DNA of 64,000 nt from Ruditapes philippinarum (Eukaryota). Shown here piece by piece: positions 37,866 through 50,776 of the stretch (the stretch's first letter is position 1; each line of letters starts with the position of its first letter). The stretch is taken from assembly GCF_026571515.1 (NCBI RefSeq), contig NW_026859993.1, forward strand, positions 62,001-126,000, in the 5' to 3' direction. The translations under genes and the position numbers were made by a program. A model generated the notes under the pieces. The model was not told the origin of the DNA. It ran no database searches and saw only the letters and a list, made by a program, of their open reading frames with translations.

Positions 37866-39373
37866 GCCTTGAAATAGGAGTAATACATGTATCTTGCATT
37901 CCAAAGGAAAAAAATCATATCCAAAGCTTTTATAAGATATCATTTAAGTGCAATTTTGCATAAACTGTTATCTTTTTAGTTGTTTTAAAGTATAACTTTC
38001 TACATCATGTGCACTGTGTATATCCAGTAGGTAACACAAGAATTTAAAAGTAATTTGGGACTTTTTTGCAATAGCAAAAACCCCCCTCATATCATATATG
38101 ATAAAAGAGCACCACAAATTTTTTTTTTAGCAAAAAACCAATTTATTTTTTATAGTAAAAACAAATTTTATAGAAAAAAAATTTAAACAAAATTAAAGGG
38201 TGCTAAAACATTTTTATTTGGAAACCCAAAATTACAAAATTTTCAAAAAGTGTTTCCTTTTTTTTGGTCCCAAAAGTGATTTTTTTTTAAAATTTTCTTT
38301 TTGTCCCTGAAAAAAAACCCGTTTTTTTTATGGTTTTATAATACTCCATGAACAAAAATGGTAAAAAAATTGCTAATACCAACAAAATTCACGAGGGATT
38401 TGACTGTCCATTATAATTAATTGGAATATCGAGATGAAATTTAAAGTTGATCAGTCTACAGTTTAAAGCTTGTTCAGATTACACGAATGTGTAGGCTAGC
38501 CAGGTTATATACTCATGACAAAGGTTAATCACTTTTGGTTCCAGCAGGGTCAAAGTTAAGACTGAAGTTATTTTTTCATTGTTTATTTTTCTAGTCATAA
38601 AATTCATTCAATATTTTTCTGTGTTTATGTTGACTTTTATATACTTATACATTTTTTGCTCACATGAGCAGAAAGTTTTCAAATGTGAGTTTTTGTGATG
38701 ATCAAATGTTTGCTGATGTGTATTGTCACAATTTCTTTCAACGATGTTTCCTTCCAAACCACCGGGTAGAATTTGGCTAAAATGCAGAAGAATTATCCTC
38801 AAATAGTTCTAACTGTTTTTAGTCTAATGCATAAAAAGGCCAAAGAAGTTAAAAAGTTTAGTTTGAAATACTTTAAAATCTATTTGTCAGAATCTAAAAG
38901 ACCCTAAACTTTGGTATTTAGTATTTGCAAAAGTGTTCTGCAAAAATTGTAGAACTCATGCCTATATGGTCAAAATTGTCCATGTCTGGTAATCTTTTGG
39001 ATGATAATAAAACTTTTAAAAATAATATATAATGGAATTTCATGCTCATAGTTTAGATATTTTGTATGTAGAGCTGTCTAGCGATCCTTTACAATTTACT
39101 GAAAGCTTTATAATTACTTTTGGGTCAAATATTGCACAGCTCTGACAATAAGATATATAATTCATAGGCTTGAGTATGACAGAAATATGTAAAAAATCTT
39201 CTTGACTGAAACCAGATCTACAGCAGGTGTATACATGTAAGTCATTGCAATGGGGTCAAAATAAAAACTGATGCCCTGAGAATATTTTGATTATCATTTA
39301 CTAAGGTTAGCAATATATGCCCATTTTGGTGTCATGTTGTGTTGTTATAGAAGTGTTTTGAACAAAGAATCTT

Positions 39374-39473
39374 AGCTTATAGAATCTCACATAGTTATTT
39401 ATCTTATAGAATCTCACATAGTTAATGTTTAGCTTATAGAATCTCACATAGTTAATGCATTTATCTTATAGAA
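39374..39473. repeat. About 27-32-bp tandem repeat, 3+ copies
   Basis: cttatagaatctcacatagtta repeated. Confidence 0.85.
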
Positions 39474-40107
39474 TAGAGATTATTTATGAAATTGAGTGCA
39501 AGAATGTCAAAGGGACATATATGTACATGTCCAGTTGGTTCAAAACCAAAGCACATAAATTAATTTGTGTATTTACAGGTAAATTGGTAGATTTTTTTAA
39601 CCATTGTTAAACTAATGATGTTATTCAGAAGATCCTGCATTGGTTTGGGAACTGCTTATTTTTGCTTTAAGGGTATCAGGATTTAACTGTTTATTTTCTA
39701 TGAATAAAAAAATAGTTGAGCATTTAACAGTAAATATAGTTTGTTAAAATTGTTGATTCAGAAGTGAAACCCTCCTACTTAATGTTAATTTTATGCATAT
39801 ATATGTACATGTATAAACGATATTATGATAATCAAGTAGAATATAGAAAGTGTAAATTTTGCGGGATTAATTTGGGAAACGGATATTACTGGTATCATGT
39901 CTTTTGTTAAGTAATTGTATCAAGATAACAATATACATATAGTAATTGCTTTACTTATTGTGTTATCAAATGTAAAATGTATATAAAGGTAAAAATATTT
40001 TATGATCTAACTGTTAAGTAAGAATGTAAAAGCTATTTGTTACCTTGAAGTGTATTCATATATAATAACAAAAGAAGTAAGGGATTTTTTTGTAGATAGG
40101 AAATATG

Positions 40108-40344
40108 TGAGCCGTGTCATGACAAAACCAATGTAATGTGTTTGCGACCAGCATGGATACAGACCAGCCTGCGCATCCGCGCAGTCTGATCAGGATCCAT
40201 GCTGTTCGCTTCCAAACCCTATAACAAGTAGAGAAACTGATAGCGAACAGCATGGATCCTGATCAGACTGTGCGGATGCGCAGGCTGGTCTGGATCCATG
40301 CTGGTCGCAAACCCATTATGTTGGTTTTGTCGTGACGCGGCTCA
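40108..40344. mobile_element. Foldback MITE (TGAGCCG..CGGCTCA family), full copy
   Basis: About 100-bp near-perfect inverted arms. Confidence 0.85.
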
Positions 40345-43300
40345 ATTATGTTTATGGGGTCTTAGTAACGGATAAGTTACGTATTATGACGACATGGCTG
40401 GGGGAAAGCTGATGCCATTACTGGGAACGTACCTTTCAACTATTGCTCAAACTGTTGTCTGTTGTTCTATATGTTATATATGTTAAATTACAAATCTTAT
40501 GTCATGGTATTATCTCCAATAGACTCATTTACTACAGTAATATCTATAGTTCCGCCTTGACCAATTTGATATCTCCCATATTGTAAATTTCATTGTAAAG
40601 TATGAGTATAAAGAATGTGCAATGCATATTCAAATTATGTTATAACATGACCATAAATACAATGTGTGTGTGTGTGTAAGTAAAGTTTATTATTGTCAAA
40701 TGAATATATAAGTTGGTCTCACTTTGATAATTAAGTACATAGAGTTACGCTAGCAGTACTTGTTTTTGAAAAAATACTCCCACCTAAAAAACTTTTTATC
40801 TTTCATTTTGCAACAATAAATATATTTATACAGCAGTTCATTATGATTGGTTGTATTACTTGCCTGATTTTTAAATGCCCTTTATTTTTCTTCTATTCTC
40901 TGTCAACTGCTTTTGAATAGTTAAACTTTATTTGATGTTTTTCGTGTCAATTTTAAAACTATACTGAGGTCAAGGGCTAATTACGTTCAACTCCTGCAGT
41001 ATAAACGTTAACTACTTTCATTAAATTGGGTATATTAAGGTTGCTGTTTTGATTGTGATTTATCTTTGACCAATATCTTGTGGACAAAAATATCATTTGC
41101 TCATTTGGATTTTACGGAATTGTCATTTTTATTGTGTAAAATTACCCATAAATGAAAAGCAATTACACTTAAGCTGGGCCAATAATTGCACTAAAAATAT
41201 TGTTTAATGTAATTGCAATTGTATTTCTTGATCATCTTTACAAATTTATCGTTTTTATTACCGCAGATAATCTATGTATGCCTAAGAATTTAAATGTTAT
41301 GTCTACAGGGTTTTGGTCTGCTTTAACAGTTTTCCGTTATATGACTTTATTGTTTATTCTTTAAGATTTGTCTATTTGTTTCTGGTTTGACATTTCTTTA
41401 TGTTTTATAGCATAAAAAACCATCAGAAGCATTTATTTTTTGAGCACAGAGTAACTAAACGTTTTTAGTGTATTGGATTAGGATTTTTTGGTGGGTGGGG
41501 TGTTGGATGGCGGTGGATGGGGCCAAATGTACGATTATCAATTACCATATATTTTCTGAGAAAGAGAAAAATTTCACAATGTCTTTTTGAAAGATTCTGG
41601 TGTTTTATTATATAAATTTGCAGTAAATTGACTTTATACACCAGTCTTTCACCATTAAACACTTTGATATTTTGACAATATATAAGTCGTGTGAATCTCA
41701 TTGAAATGTAGGCTTATAGATATATATTTTCATATGTCAACGTTTATATATATATACACATGTATAAATATACATATAAACTGAGGGAAATACTGTTTAG
41801 TTTTGTAATAAATAAAACTTGAAACTTCATAAGTGCTTTATTGTTATTTTGTTTTCATCTATGTTTATGTATTTTTATTTTTAAGGCGCACACTTCATCA
41901 TAAAGTACCTGTCTAACTCGTTTGATTTGGAAGGGAGCACACCCTCCTATTAATCACTATCATCTATTATCTAATTGTCTAATTTATCTAATCTGATTTT
42001 AACCATCTGTACAATTTTTCCCTTTGCATGTTTTACTGTTATGAATTAGGTATAAAAATAATTGGCATATCCAAAAATGGTCAAAAGCAATATACCCTGG
42101 CTTGCCCAATATTTGTGTAAAATAATCATGATTGCATTGATACAATTTTTAATGCCCGACTTTAGACAGCTGTTAGTTAATTATCATTGAAGCTCCAGTA
42201 GCTTTAATGCCACGTTTGCTATTTACTTCAAAAGTTGACTAGGCATAATCATAGGCACTTGGTTTCGGGATAAAATAACCCTTTAAGAGGTTTGTAGAAC
42301 TCAAATATAATTGAATGTTCCATTTTTTTTAACGTAGATGTCTTTTCTAAAACCGTAATTTTTCCGATATTACTAAAAAAAAACAACTTTGTCTATGTCT
42401 GATTTAGAAAGGAAATCGACTGTTATCAATTTCACAATATCACTGTTATTCTTTCTTCCTCTGTATAAAAGAAACATATCTCTGTCACTTCTGCACATGG
42501 AACCTGCCATTGTACTATATGTCAGTAAAAGAAGTTGAAATATATCGCCTTATTACGATAAAGGTCTATTGCGAAGCATAATAGGTTGAGACATCAATGA
42601 TAATTGTTTTGTTAAAAGTAAATATACAATTAAGGATTTTTAATACCTAAATAATGAAAACGAATTGTACTAATACTATCCGTACTGAGGTGCAGTACCA
42701 TTTAGGTAAGGTATAATATAATTATAATATAAAGATAAACAGAACTTTCCTTAATTTTCTCTAAAAATACAAGCACATTCCATAAAAAGATTAACTCGGG
42801 TAAACATAACTGCGGGTGATTAACTTAATTCTGACCATTAAAATTATACACATTATATTTGAAGAAGTCCCAAACACCACCTTAAACCAAAACAAACAGT
42901 TTTGCGTTGACGAGGCGCATTTATTTGGTTAACGGGAACAATGTATGTAAATATACAATAGCTTTTACTTTTGTTTACCAAAATGCAAAGATAGTGTAAT
43001 ATATTAATACTAAATTCATTCATAATGATAATAAATTATCTTATCCGCTACTTATAATCTGGGACAGAAGCCAATCTTACAGTATAAACAATCTGGAAGT
43101 GAAACATTTCATTTACTTTTATAACTTAAAAACGGACTCTCCCATACTATTATTAGAAACTTCTGTTTATCAAAACATAATGCATGTATCCCTGACATTT
43201 CTTATTATTCCATCTAGTCAAAATCAAATTTATAAAAGTTCAGTAACGCTATCTATTGTTTTGGTTGGCTTTTGAATAGCATCAGTAATATAGTGTAATA

Positions 43301-44504
43301 ATTTATCAGATTAGTGGATACAATAAGAATCTCATCACAAAATGTTCGTTAACAAAAAAGCACAATGTCAATGTTTGTGGTTAAATATATTGATAGTCAA
43401 ATAAAAGGGTAGGGATCTTTCAATTATGATCGTAAAACGTTTATTGACATTACGAAACGCATCACATGATGAGATTAAATACGTGCGTTTTTTCTTCTTT
43501 TTTTTTGGCAAATCCTTCTTTAGAAATTAAAGTTATTAAAATGATACCTACGTCAAACATTAATCCGTTAGATATACTTGCTAATCCACACTCAAAATAA
43601 AAATCGTATGACAATGTAAGTCAATAGTGGAATGAACAGATTTGTAATGTGACAAAGTAGGGCGAATGAAATAAATTGAATGAATAAGTAAAATACATTA
43701 AGACAACCAGTTTACAACTTACAAGAGGATTTCTCGATTTCTTTTTCTTTCCCACTCTATATAATTCCTTGTGTCCATTATCTAACATTGTATTGTATAG
43801 GAAAGAAAGAAGAGTAAAAGATTGATAAACGTGTATGTAAAAATCATGTAGAATGATTCTTGTAATTAAACAGTACCAATCGTTGCGGTGTTCCGAATGA
43901 ATGCAAGCGTATAGAAAGCTATTTATATTTCCTCTATTCTTGGGGAAAATATTATTTTTTTTTTGTCCCAGCTCTTTTAAGAAATATTCAATGAAATTAG
44001 CAATCTAACGTTCATAATCGTTGCAATTGATCATGAAATCATTTGTACGGTCATACTGCTCTGGCATGTACAGACGTGTAAGTGCAGGAAATTAGTACTA
44101 GTTGACAGCCTGTCCGGAAATGATGCGATGGTTGAACTGCGCTCGGGTGAATTCAAATTCAAAGAGTCTTACTACCGTGATGGTAAAATGCCAACACCAT
44201 TAACAACAACGCGTTGCCATGCTTACGAGACAGCACATAATTTAAACACTTCCATCTATAATAACACATGTCCATGCTTACAAAAAATTAAATTTAAACA
44301 CTTTTAGTTAGATCATGAATATGTTAAAAATATCCGCTTGAGGAAGAATTTAAAAAAAAAAATATGTTTGAGATACAAATAAAATTTCTTTCTCGTTTAG
44401 CAAAAATGCTTGAGAACTGGACTTTACAGTTGTCTACACAGGCCTTTGCACAGATGTTCGGTTTTGTTGTTGTTGTTGTTTTTTCTTTTTCTTTTTTTCT
44501 TTAA

Positions 44505-45794
44505 TTACGACTTTGCAAGACCCACAAATATGATCACATTCAAAAGTGACATAAATATACTCGTAAAAAGGACAATCCAGTCAACCATATAGCTTATTTT
44601 CTTCCAAGTAATTAGATCGCCTTCGTCTTCTGACTTTTCCAGCTCGTGAATCGTTTCCTTTTCACTGTATCCAGATTTACTCTGCGGTCTAATTTGTTTA
44701 CTTTTCTCTGAACTGATCACAATAACTGGCTCCACCTCAACATTTCCGATTCGGCTTATTTTGCTTATTTTTCTTCGGGTACACGTAAAAAATCTGTACA
44801 TAGACTTGAGCCACGCAGGTACAATAAAGCTGTCGTCCCTACTATACAGGCGCATGTTAAGGATGGTGACACATACTATAAGTGCGCTTATAAACAAGTC
44901 TATAAATAACTTGTAAGATATAAGCGGTACTGGCTTCGAAGTTTGGGGCAACAAGTCATTGACAATGGTCATGTACACAGCAATAGCGAGCAGTGTTGTG
45001 ATACAGTATCCAATACGTTCTCCCGATTCTGGCACCAAGAGAAACACAAGAACATTTAACATGCTTAGAATTGATATTGGCATTATAATGTTTATCACAG
45101 CAAAAGTTGAGTCCCTTTTCAACTTTATAGTGAACGTTATTTCAGACTCATTTCCAGGCGCTACCGTCTTAACGTTAACTTTTGATCCAGTAACATCCCA
45201 TACAGAGTGAGGAGTATATACATCTAAAGAGACGTTGGGCATTCCAGCTAGAAGATTCACTTCATGGCTTTTGTAACCAAGGGAAGTAAAACTCGTGTCG
45301 CAACTCTGAGTGTCAAATGGAAATTTCCTAGCGTTAACACTACACGTGCTTTCAATGAGATCCGCTGGTATCCATTCCATTTGACCATATTGGTCAACAC
45401 GTATTCTGTCTGTTGATTTCCCTATAGTTGACCCTTTTGAAGAAGGACTGGATAACGTCATTTCCGGAACCCATACATCACCGAACGCCACTGTAAGCTG
45501 TTCGATGCCACCATTAACACTTGGGTCCCATTGTAATTTTTCATCTGTCCATACTAGTACCAACGCTGCGACAAAAGAAAACCTTTCATCAACTTCATCA
45601 AATTCTCTAATTGACTTAATTGACATGTATATGTTAACGTTTATTGCCGTGTTTTGGTTCGTTATCGGACGCACATTTTTGTTATAACCAGTGAATAATG
45701 ACGTATGCAGAGTCTCCATTTCCGTTATTGTAGCAGCGTTGATAAGAGCTATTACAAAATGTAATATTATCAAGAACAATAGTGTCCGGAACAT
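44505..45794 (-). CDS. Single-exon-CDS Cys-loop (nAChR-like, non-alpha) pentameric ligand-gated ion channel subunit, copy 1, 429 aa
   Basis: Signal peptide, YNKNVRP, WVPE, Cys-loop CSVNARKFPFDTQSC, M1-M3, M2 GERIGYCITTLLAIAV, M4 after WKKISYMVD. Confidence 0.95.
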   Translation of the reverse strand: MFRTLLFLIILHFVIALINAATITEMETLHTSLFTGYNKNVRPITNQNTAINVNIYMSIKSIREFDEVDERFSFVAALVLVWTDEKLQWDPSVNGGIEQLTVAFGDVWVPEMTLSSPSSKGSTIGKSTDRIRVDQYGQMEWIPADLIESTCSVNARKFPFDTQSCDTSFTSLGYKSHEVNLLAGMPNVSLDVYTPHSVWDVTGSKVNVKTVAPGNESEITFTIKLKRDSTFAVINIIMPISILSMLNVLVFLLVPESGERIGYCITTLLAIAVYMTIVNDLLPQTSKPVPLISYKLFIDLFISALIVCVTILNMRLYSRDDSFIVPAWLKSMYRFFTCTRRKISKISRIGNVEVEPVIVISSEKSKQIRPQSKSGYSEKETIHELEKSEDEGDLITWKKISYMVDWIVLFTSIFMSLLNVIIFVGLAKS

Positions 45795-48205
45795 AATAGT
45801 GTTTTCTTTGACCTCTATTTTTGCATATATTTAATTCAATAACTAATTTTAAGTTTTAATTTTATCAAGAAACTTTGTGTCCGAAACACAATATATTTCC
45901 CTTTGACCGTCTTTTTGTATCTTTTAAATTCAATAACTAATTTTATGTTTTAATTTCCACTGCCTTTTCAATAAAGAGCTTCGCCTAAACTGAAAAGATT
46001 ATATTAGATCTAGCATTAGTTAAATGGCTAACGGTCGTTTATCTCTGCTATGGTATTGTTTAGAGTTCATTCATCGTTTAATTCTTTGCGTGATTTAAAA
46101 ACGCAATTACTTGTTTCATTTTACTTGGTTAAGGTTCAAACAAGGCTTAAATAATATTTTTGATTTAAATCAAAAGATTTTACTGATCTTTAGCCGCTTA
46201 AAATGTTTAGAAGATTACAAAAGCAGTTGCAAAATCATAATAAAGGAATAAAATATTTCTGATAAGCAATGAAAATATGAGTATATCACAGATTAATTGA
46301 AAGCATTATAACAAATTATTATGCTAGGCATTTTAGCCAAAAGTTAGACCTATCCAAAACAAATACCTCCAGAAAAGATATTTGCATATTTGCTATCTAC
46401 TACATATATGTTGCTACCGAACAAAAGTCCTAAAACAATCGAAGAATAAAGTGTTAAAATGCCATGCACCGATTTCATATGATTTTTTATTTAGGAAAAT
46501 TATATGAAAATAAAAACAAGTAATATTTATTTATTATTTAGATATAATTCTGCTCTATATAATCGATAAATGTTTGTCAACGTGTGGTCTTTATTTTAAG
46601 GTGAAGCTTGATGACATAAATGAATATCAATATTTGTCTACACAATATCTTCTTCTCAGCCTTTTCCGTCAAACTTTGGATGATGAATTATAGTTGATGT
46701 GTACGGATTGTTTTGTTTTGTTGTTGTTTTTTTAATTTTCAGCAACATAGGTTGCCCATTTATTTCCCCCGTAATTGGTGCAGTGGGGTCGGAGAGCCAT
46801 CCCCTACTGTACCTTACATTAATATTTCATAGGCTTAGAAATATATTTTCATATTTCAACCTTTTTATATATACACGTATATTTTTACATATAAACTGAG
46901 GGAAATACTGTTTAGTTTTGTAATAAATAAAACTTGAAACTTCATTAGTGTTCAACAGTTGATTTTTTCATATATGCTTATGTATTTTCATTTTTAAGGC
47001 ACACACTTCATCATAAAGTAGATTTCTAAATCTTTGGATTAGAAAGGGAGCACACCTTCTTGTCAATCACTGTCGTCCATTATACAATTAGATTTTAAAT
47101 GTCTGTACAATTTTTTCCCTTGGCGTCTTTTACTGTAATGAATGAGGTATAAAAATAATAAGCATATCCAAAAATGGAAAAAAGGTCAAAACAAACAAAA
47201 GCTTGTCCATTTTGCATAAAATAATCATAATTGCATTAATACAATTTTTTCTGCCCGACTTTAGAAAGTCGTTAGTTAATTACCATTGAAGCTCCAGTCC
47301 CTTTAATGACACCTTTGCTATTAACTTGAAAAAAATGACTGGGCTAAATCATGATTTTAAAACAATAACACTATAATCTCTGCATGCTATTAAGGAGAAA
47401 ACATCAGCTCCTCTCATAGAACATGAATACACCTAGGCAATACACCTACGTTATAAGGCAATGTTCGTTCGCAAGAAATAACAAACTTTGTCTATTTGGA
47501 TGATTTAGAAAGGAAATCGACTGTTATCAACTTCAAAATATCACTGTTATTCTTTCTTCCTCTGTATAAAAGAAACATATATCTGTGTCACTTCTGCCGT
47601 AAATGTAGCACATTGTACTATGTCAGTAAAAGAAGTTGAAATATATCGCCTTATTACGATAGAGGTCTATTGCGAAGCATAATAGTTTGAGACATCAATG
47701 ATAATTGTTATGTTAAAACTTAAAAGTAAAAAATAATTAATGGGTTTTAATACATAAATAATGAAAACGAATTGTACTAAAACTGTCCATACTGAAGTGC
47801 AGTACCATTTATGTAAGGTATAATATAATTACATGTATGCTATAAAAGTTAAACAGAACTTTCCTTAGATTAGTTCTAAAAATACAAGCACAGTCACTAA
47901 AAAGATTAACGCGGGTTAACATAACTGCGAGTTATTAACTAAATTCTGACGATTAAACTTAATACACATTATATTTTAAGAAGTCCCAAACACCACCTTA
48001 ATTCAAAACCATTACAAACAGTTTTGCGTTGACGAGGCGCATTTATTTGGTTGATGGGAACAGTGTATGCAATAATACAATAGCTTTTACTTTTGTTTAC
48101 CAAAATGCATTGATAGTGTAATAAAATAATACTGAATTCATTCATAATGATTATAAATTATGTTTTCCGCTACTTATAATCTGGGACAAGCCAATCTTAC
48201 AGTAT

Positions 48206-49364
48206 TGTGGTGCCCAGACCACTGCTTTATGTTTCCAGGACAGTCTGCAGCCCCACATAAAACTCAGGGTTCGTTTTACACGGCCCAAGTACAAATTATA
48301 AAGATGACACAAAAGACATTTTGTAACTTAAAACTCTTTTAATTAAAATATAATAAAGATCTATTTATTTAAATATACATTAAGTCATGGATGCCTAAAT
48401 CTATAATTATTATAAATAAAGCTGACCAGATTCAGTAAACAAGTACCAAGTTTGGTACGACATAATCGATGAGATACCAGATCTGATAGTAACCAGATTG
48501 GGTACTATACCAGATTGGGTATTATACCAGATTTGGTATGAATAATGAACAAAATATGGAACAACAGTTCTCTACACTGGCAATGTAAATTATAACTGTT
48601 TAACAATAACAACAATTGAAATTCACCTGTATCATATCCGTTTCTGGTCACATACTCGTCTACAATTGTCAACTCAAACGAAGAGTAGGCCTACTTATCT
48701 GCTAATATTTTTTGATGCGTTTATTTAAGGTCGCCGCCGGAAAGCCCATATGGGCGACCGTACACTCAAGTCGGGTCATCCTAGAGCGACCCGCCGAGAT
48801 TTTTCGTCGATTTTTACCAGCTTTATTGGTGGAGGAAGACACCAGGTGCCCCTCCGTCATTATTTCAGGCACGAGCGGGCACCTGGGTAGAACCACCGAC
48901 CTTCCGTAAGCCAGCTGGATGGCTTCCTCACATGAAAGATTTCGACCCGAGTGAGGATCGAACCTACAGTGGTGAGGGACCTGTGATCTCAAGTCAACGA
49001 CTTTAACCACTCGGCCACGGAGGCCCCAAACTCTGCTTATATGAGATGACAGCGCAGTATTTATAGTACCCTGTGACGTCATCACATTAATATTCAAAAT
49101 GGCCGACCAGTGGCAAATTCAGAAATGTGACCAAATATTAAGCAAGATTACATGAAAAAAAATGTATGTCAGCATTTATGAATGGATAATAAACATTTAT
49201 ATATACAAATGGCATCTGAAAATCATAATAATATAAGATAAAAGCAGTTACATAGATAGAAATCATCAAAACAATGCGATGGTTCGTACTCAGAAATATT
49301 CGTACCCAAAGTCGGAAAATGAATAAATGTTAAAGAACATTGATCATATAGCCTGAGCATCACA
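48206..49364. mobile_element. 1159-bp TG...CA insertion with 4-bp TSD (solo LTR or Ginger-like element)
   Basis: Absent from the paralogous site at about 43080 (cttacaGTATaaacaatc); GTAT at 48202-48205 and 49365-49368; terminal inverted repeat tgtggtgcccagac / tgtgatgctcaggc (11/14). Confidence 0.85.
48709..49027 (-). mobile_element. tRNA-derived SINE with V-domain-like core inside the TG..CA element
   Basis: Head GGGGCCTCCGTGGCCGAGTGG (A box), GGTTCGATCC (B box), core GAGGAAGCCATCCAGCTGGCTTACGGAAGGTCGGTGGTTCTACCCAGGTGCCC, AATAAA and A-run tail. Confidence 0.85.
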
Positions 49365-50776
49365 GTATAACCAATCTGGAAGTGAAACATTTCATTTACT
49401 TTTATAACTGTAAAACGGACTCTCCCATACTATTATTAGAAACTTCTGTTTATCAAAACATAATGCATGTATCCCTGACATTTCTTATTATTCCATCTAG
49501 TCAAAATCAAATTTATAAAAGTTCAGTAACGCTATCTATTGTTTTGGTTGGCTTTTGAATAGCATCAGTAATATAGTGTATTAATTTATCAGATTAGTGG
49601 AAACAATAAGAATCTCATCACAACATATTTGTTTACAAAAGAGCATATGTCCATGTTTGTGGTTAAATATATTGATAGTCAAATAAAAGGTTAGAGTAGG
49701 TATGTATCAATTATGATCGTTTATTGACATTACGACACGCATCACATGATGAGATTAAATACGTGCGTAATCTTTTTCACAAATCCTTTTTAAGAAATTA
49801 TAGTTATAAAATGATACCTACGTCAGACATTAATCCGTTAGAAAAACTTGCTAATCCACACTGAAAATAAAAAATCTTATTACAATGTAAGTCAATAGTG
49901 GAATGAACAGATTTTTAATGTGACAAAGTAGGGCGAATGAAATAAATTGAATGAATAAGTAAACACATTAAGACAACCAAATAACAACTTACAGGAGGTT
50001 CTCACGATTCCTTTTCATTTCCCACTTTATATGATTTATAACCATTCAGACTTGTGTCCATTATTTAACATGTCATTGTATAGGAAAAGAAGAAAAAAAA
50101 ACAACGTATTGTAAAAGATTGATGAATGTGTATGTAAAAGAGCATGTAGAATGATAGTTCTTTAAAATTCTTGTTATAAAACAGTACTAATCGTTTCGGT
50201 GTTCCGAATGAATGTAAGCGTATATAGGAAGCTTCATACTTTTCCTCTATTCTTGGGGAAAATATTATTTTTTGTCCCAGCTCTTTTAAGAAATATTCAA
50301 TGAAATTGGCAACCTAACGTTCAAAATTGTGCTATCTTTTCTACAGTCATACTACTCTGGCATGTACAGACGTATACAAGTGCAGGAAATTAGTACTACT
50401 TGACAGCCTGTTCAGAAACGATGCGATGGTTGAATTGCGCTCAGGTGAATTCAAATTCAAAGAGTCTTACTACCGTGATGGTAAACTGCCAACACCACCA
50501 ATTACAACGCATTCCCATGCTTACAAAACAGCACATAATTTTAACACTTCCATCTATAATAACACATTTACATGCTTACAAATTGAAACACTTCTAGTTA
50601 GATTATGAATATGTCAAAATTATCCGCTTGAGGAAGGATAAAAAAAATATTGTTGAGATACAAATAAAATTCCTTTCTCGTTTAGCAAACATGCTTGAGA
50701 ACTGCAATTTACAGTTAGTTATATACACATGCCTTTGCAAAGATGTTTGTTTTTTGTCTTTTTTATTTTTCTTTAA

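Noticed and set aside
38060-38390. Unusual homopolymer-rich tract after GALNS (similar at 58120-58620)
   Set aside because: Pattern typical of low-coverage long-read consensus error
44959-45210. Plus-strand ORFs repeated at 51222 and 57042
   Set aside because: Antisense shadows of the conserved receptor TM coding region
44505-45794. Canonical nAChR alpha subunit symbol (CHRNA)
   Set aside because: No vicinal cysteines or aromatic box; orthology cannot be assigned by eye
48940-49027. tRNA gene
   Set aside because: A and B boxes are present but run directly into the SINE core; treated as a SINE head
48702-49097. 131-aa ORF
   Set aside because: Translation of SINE sequence; no protein features
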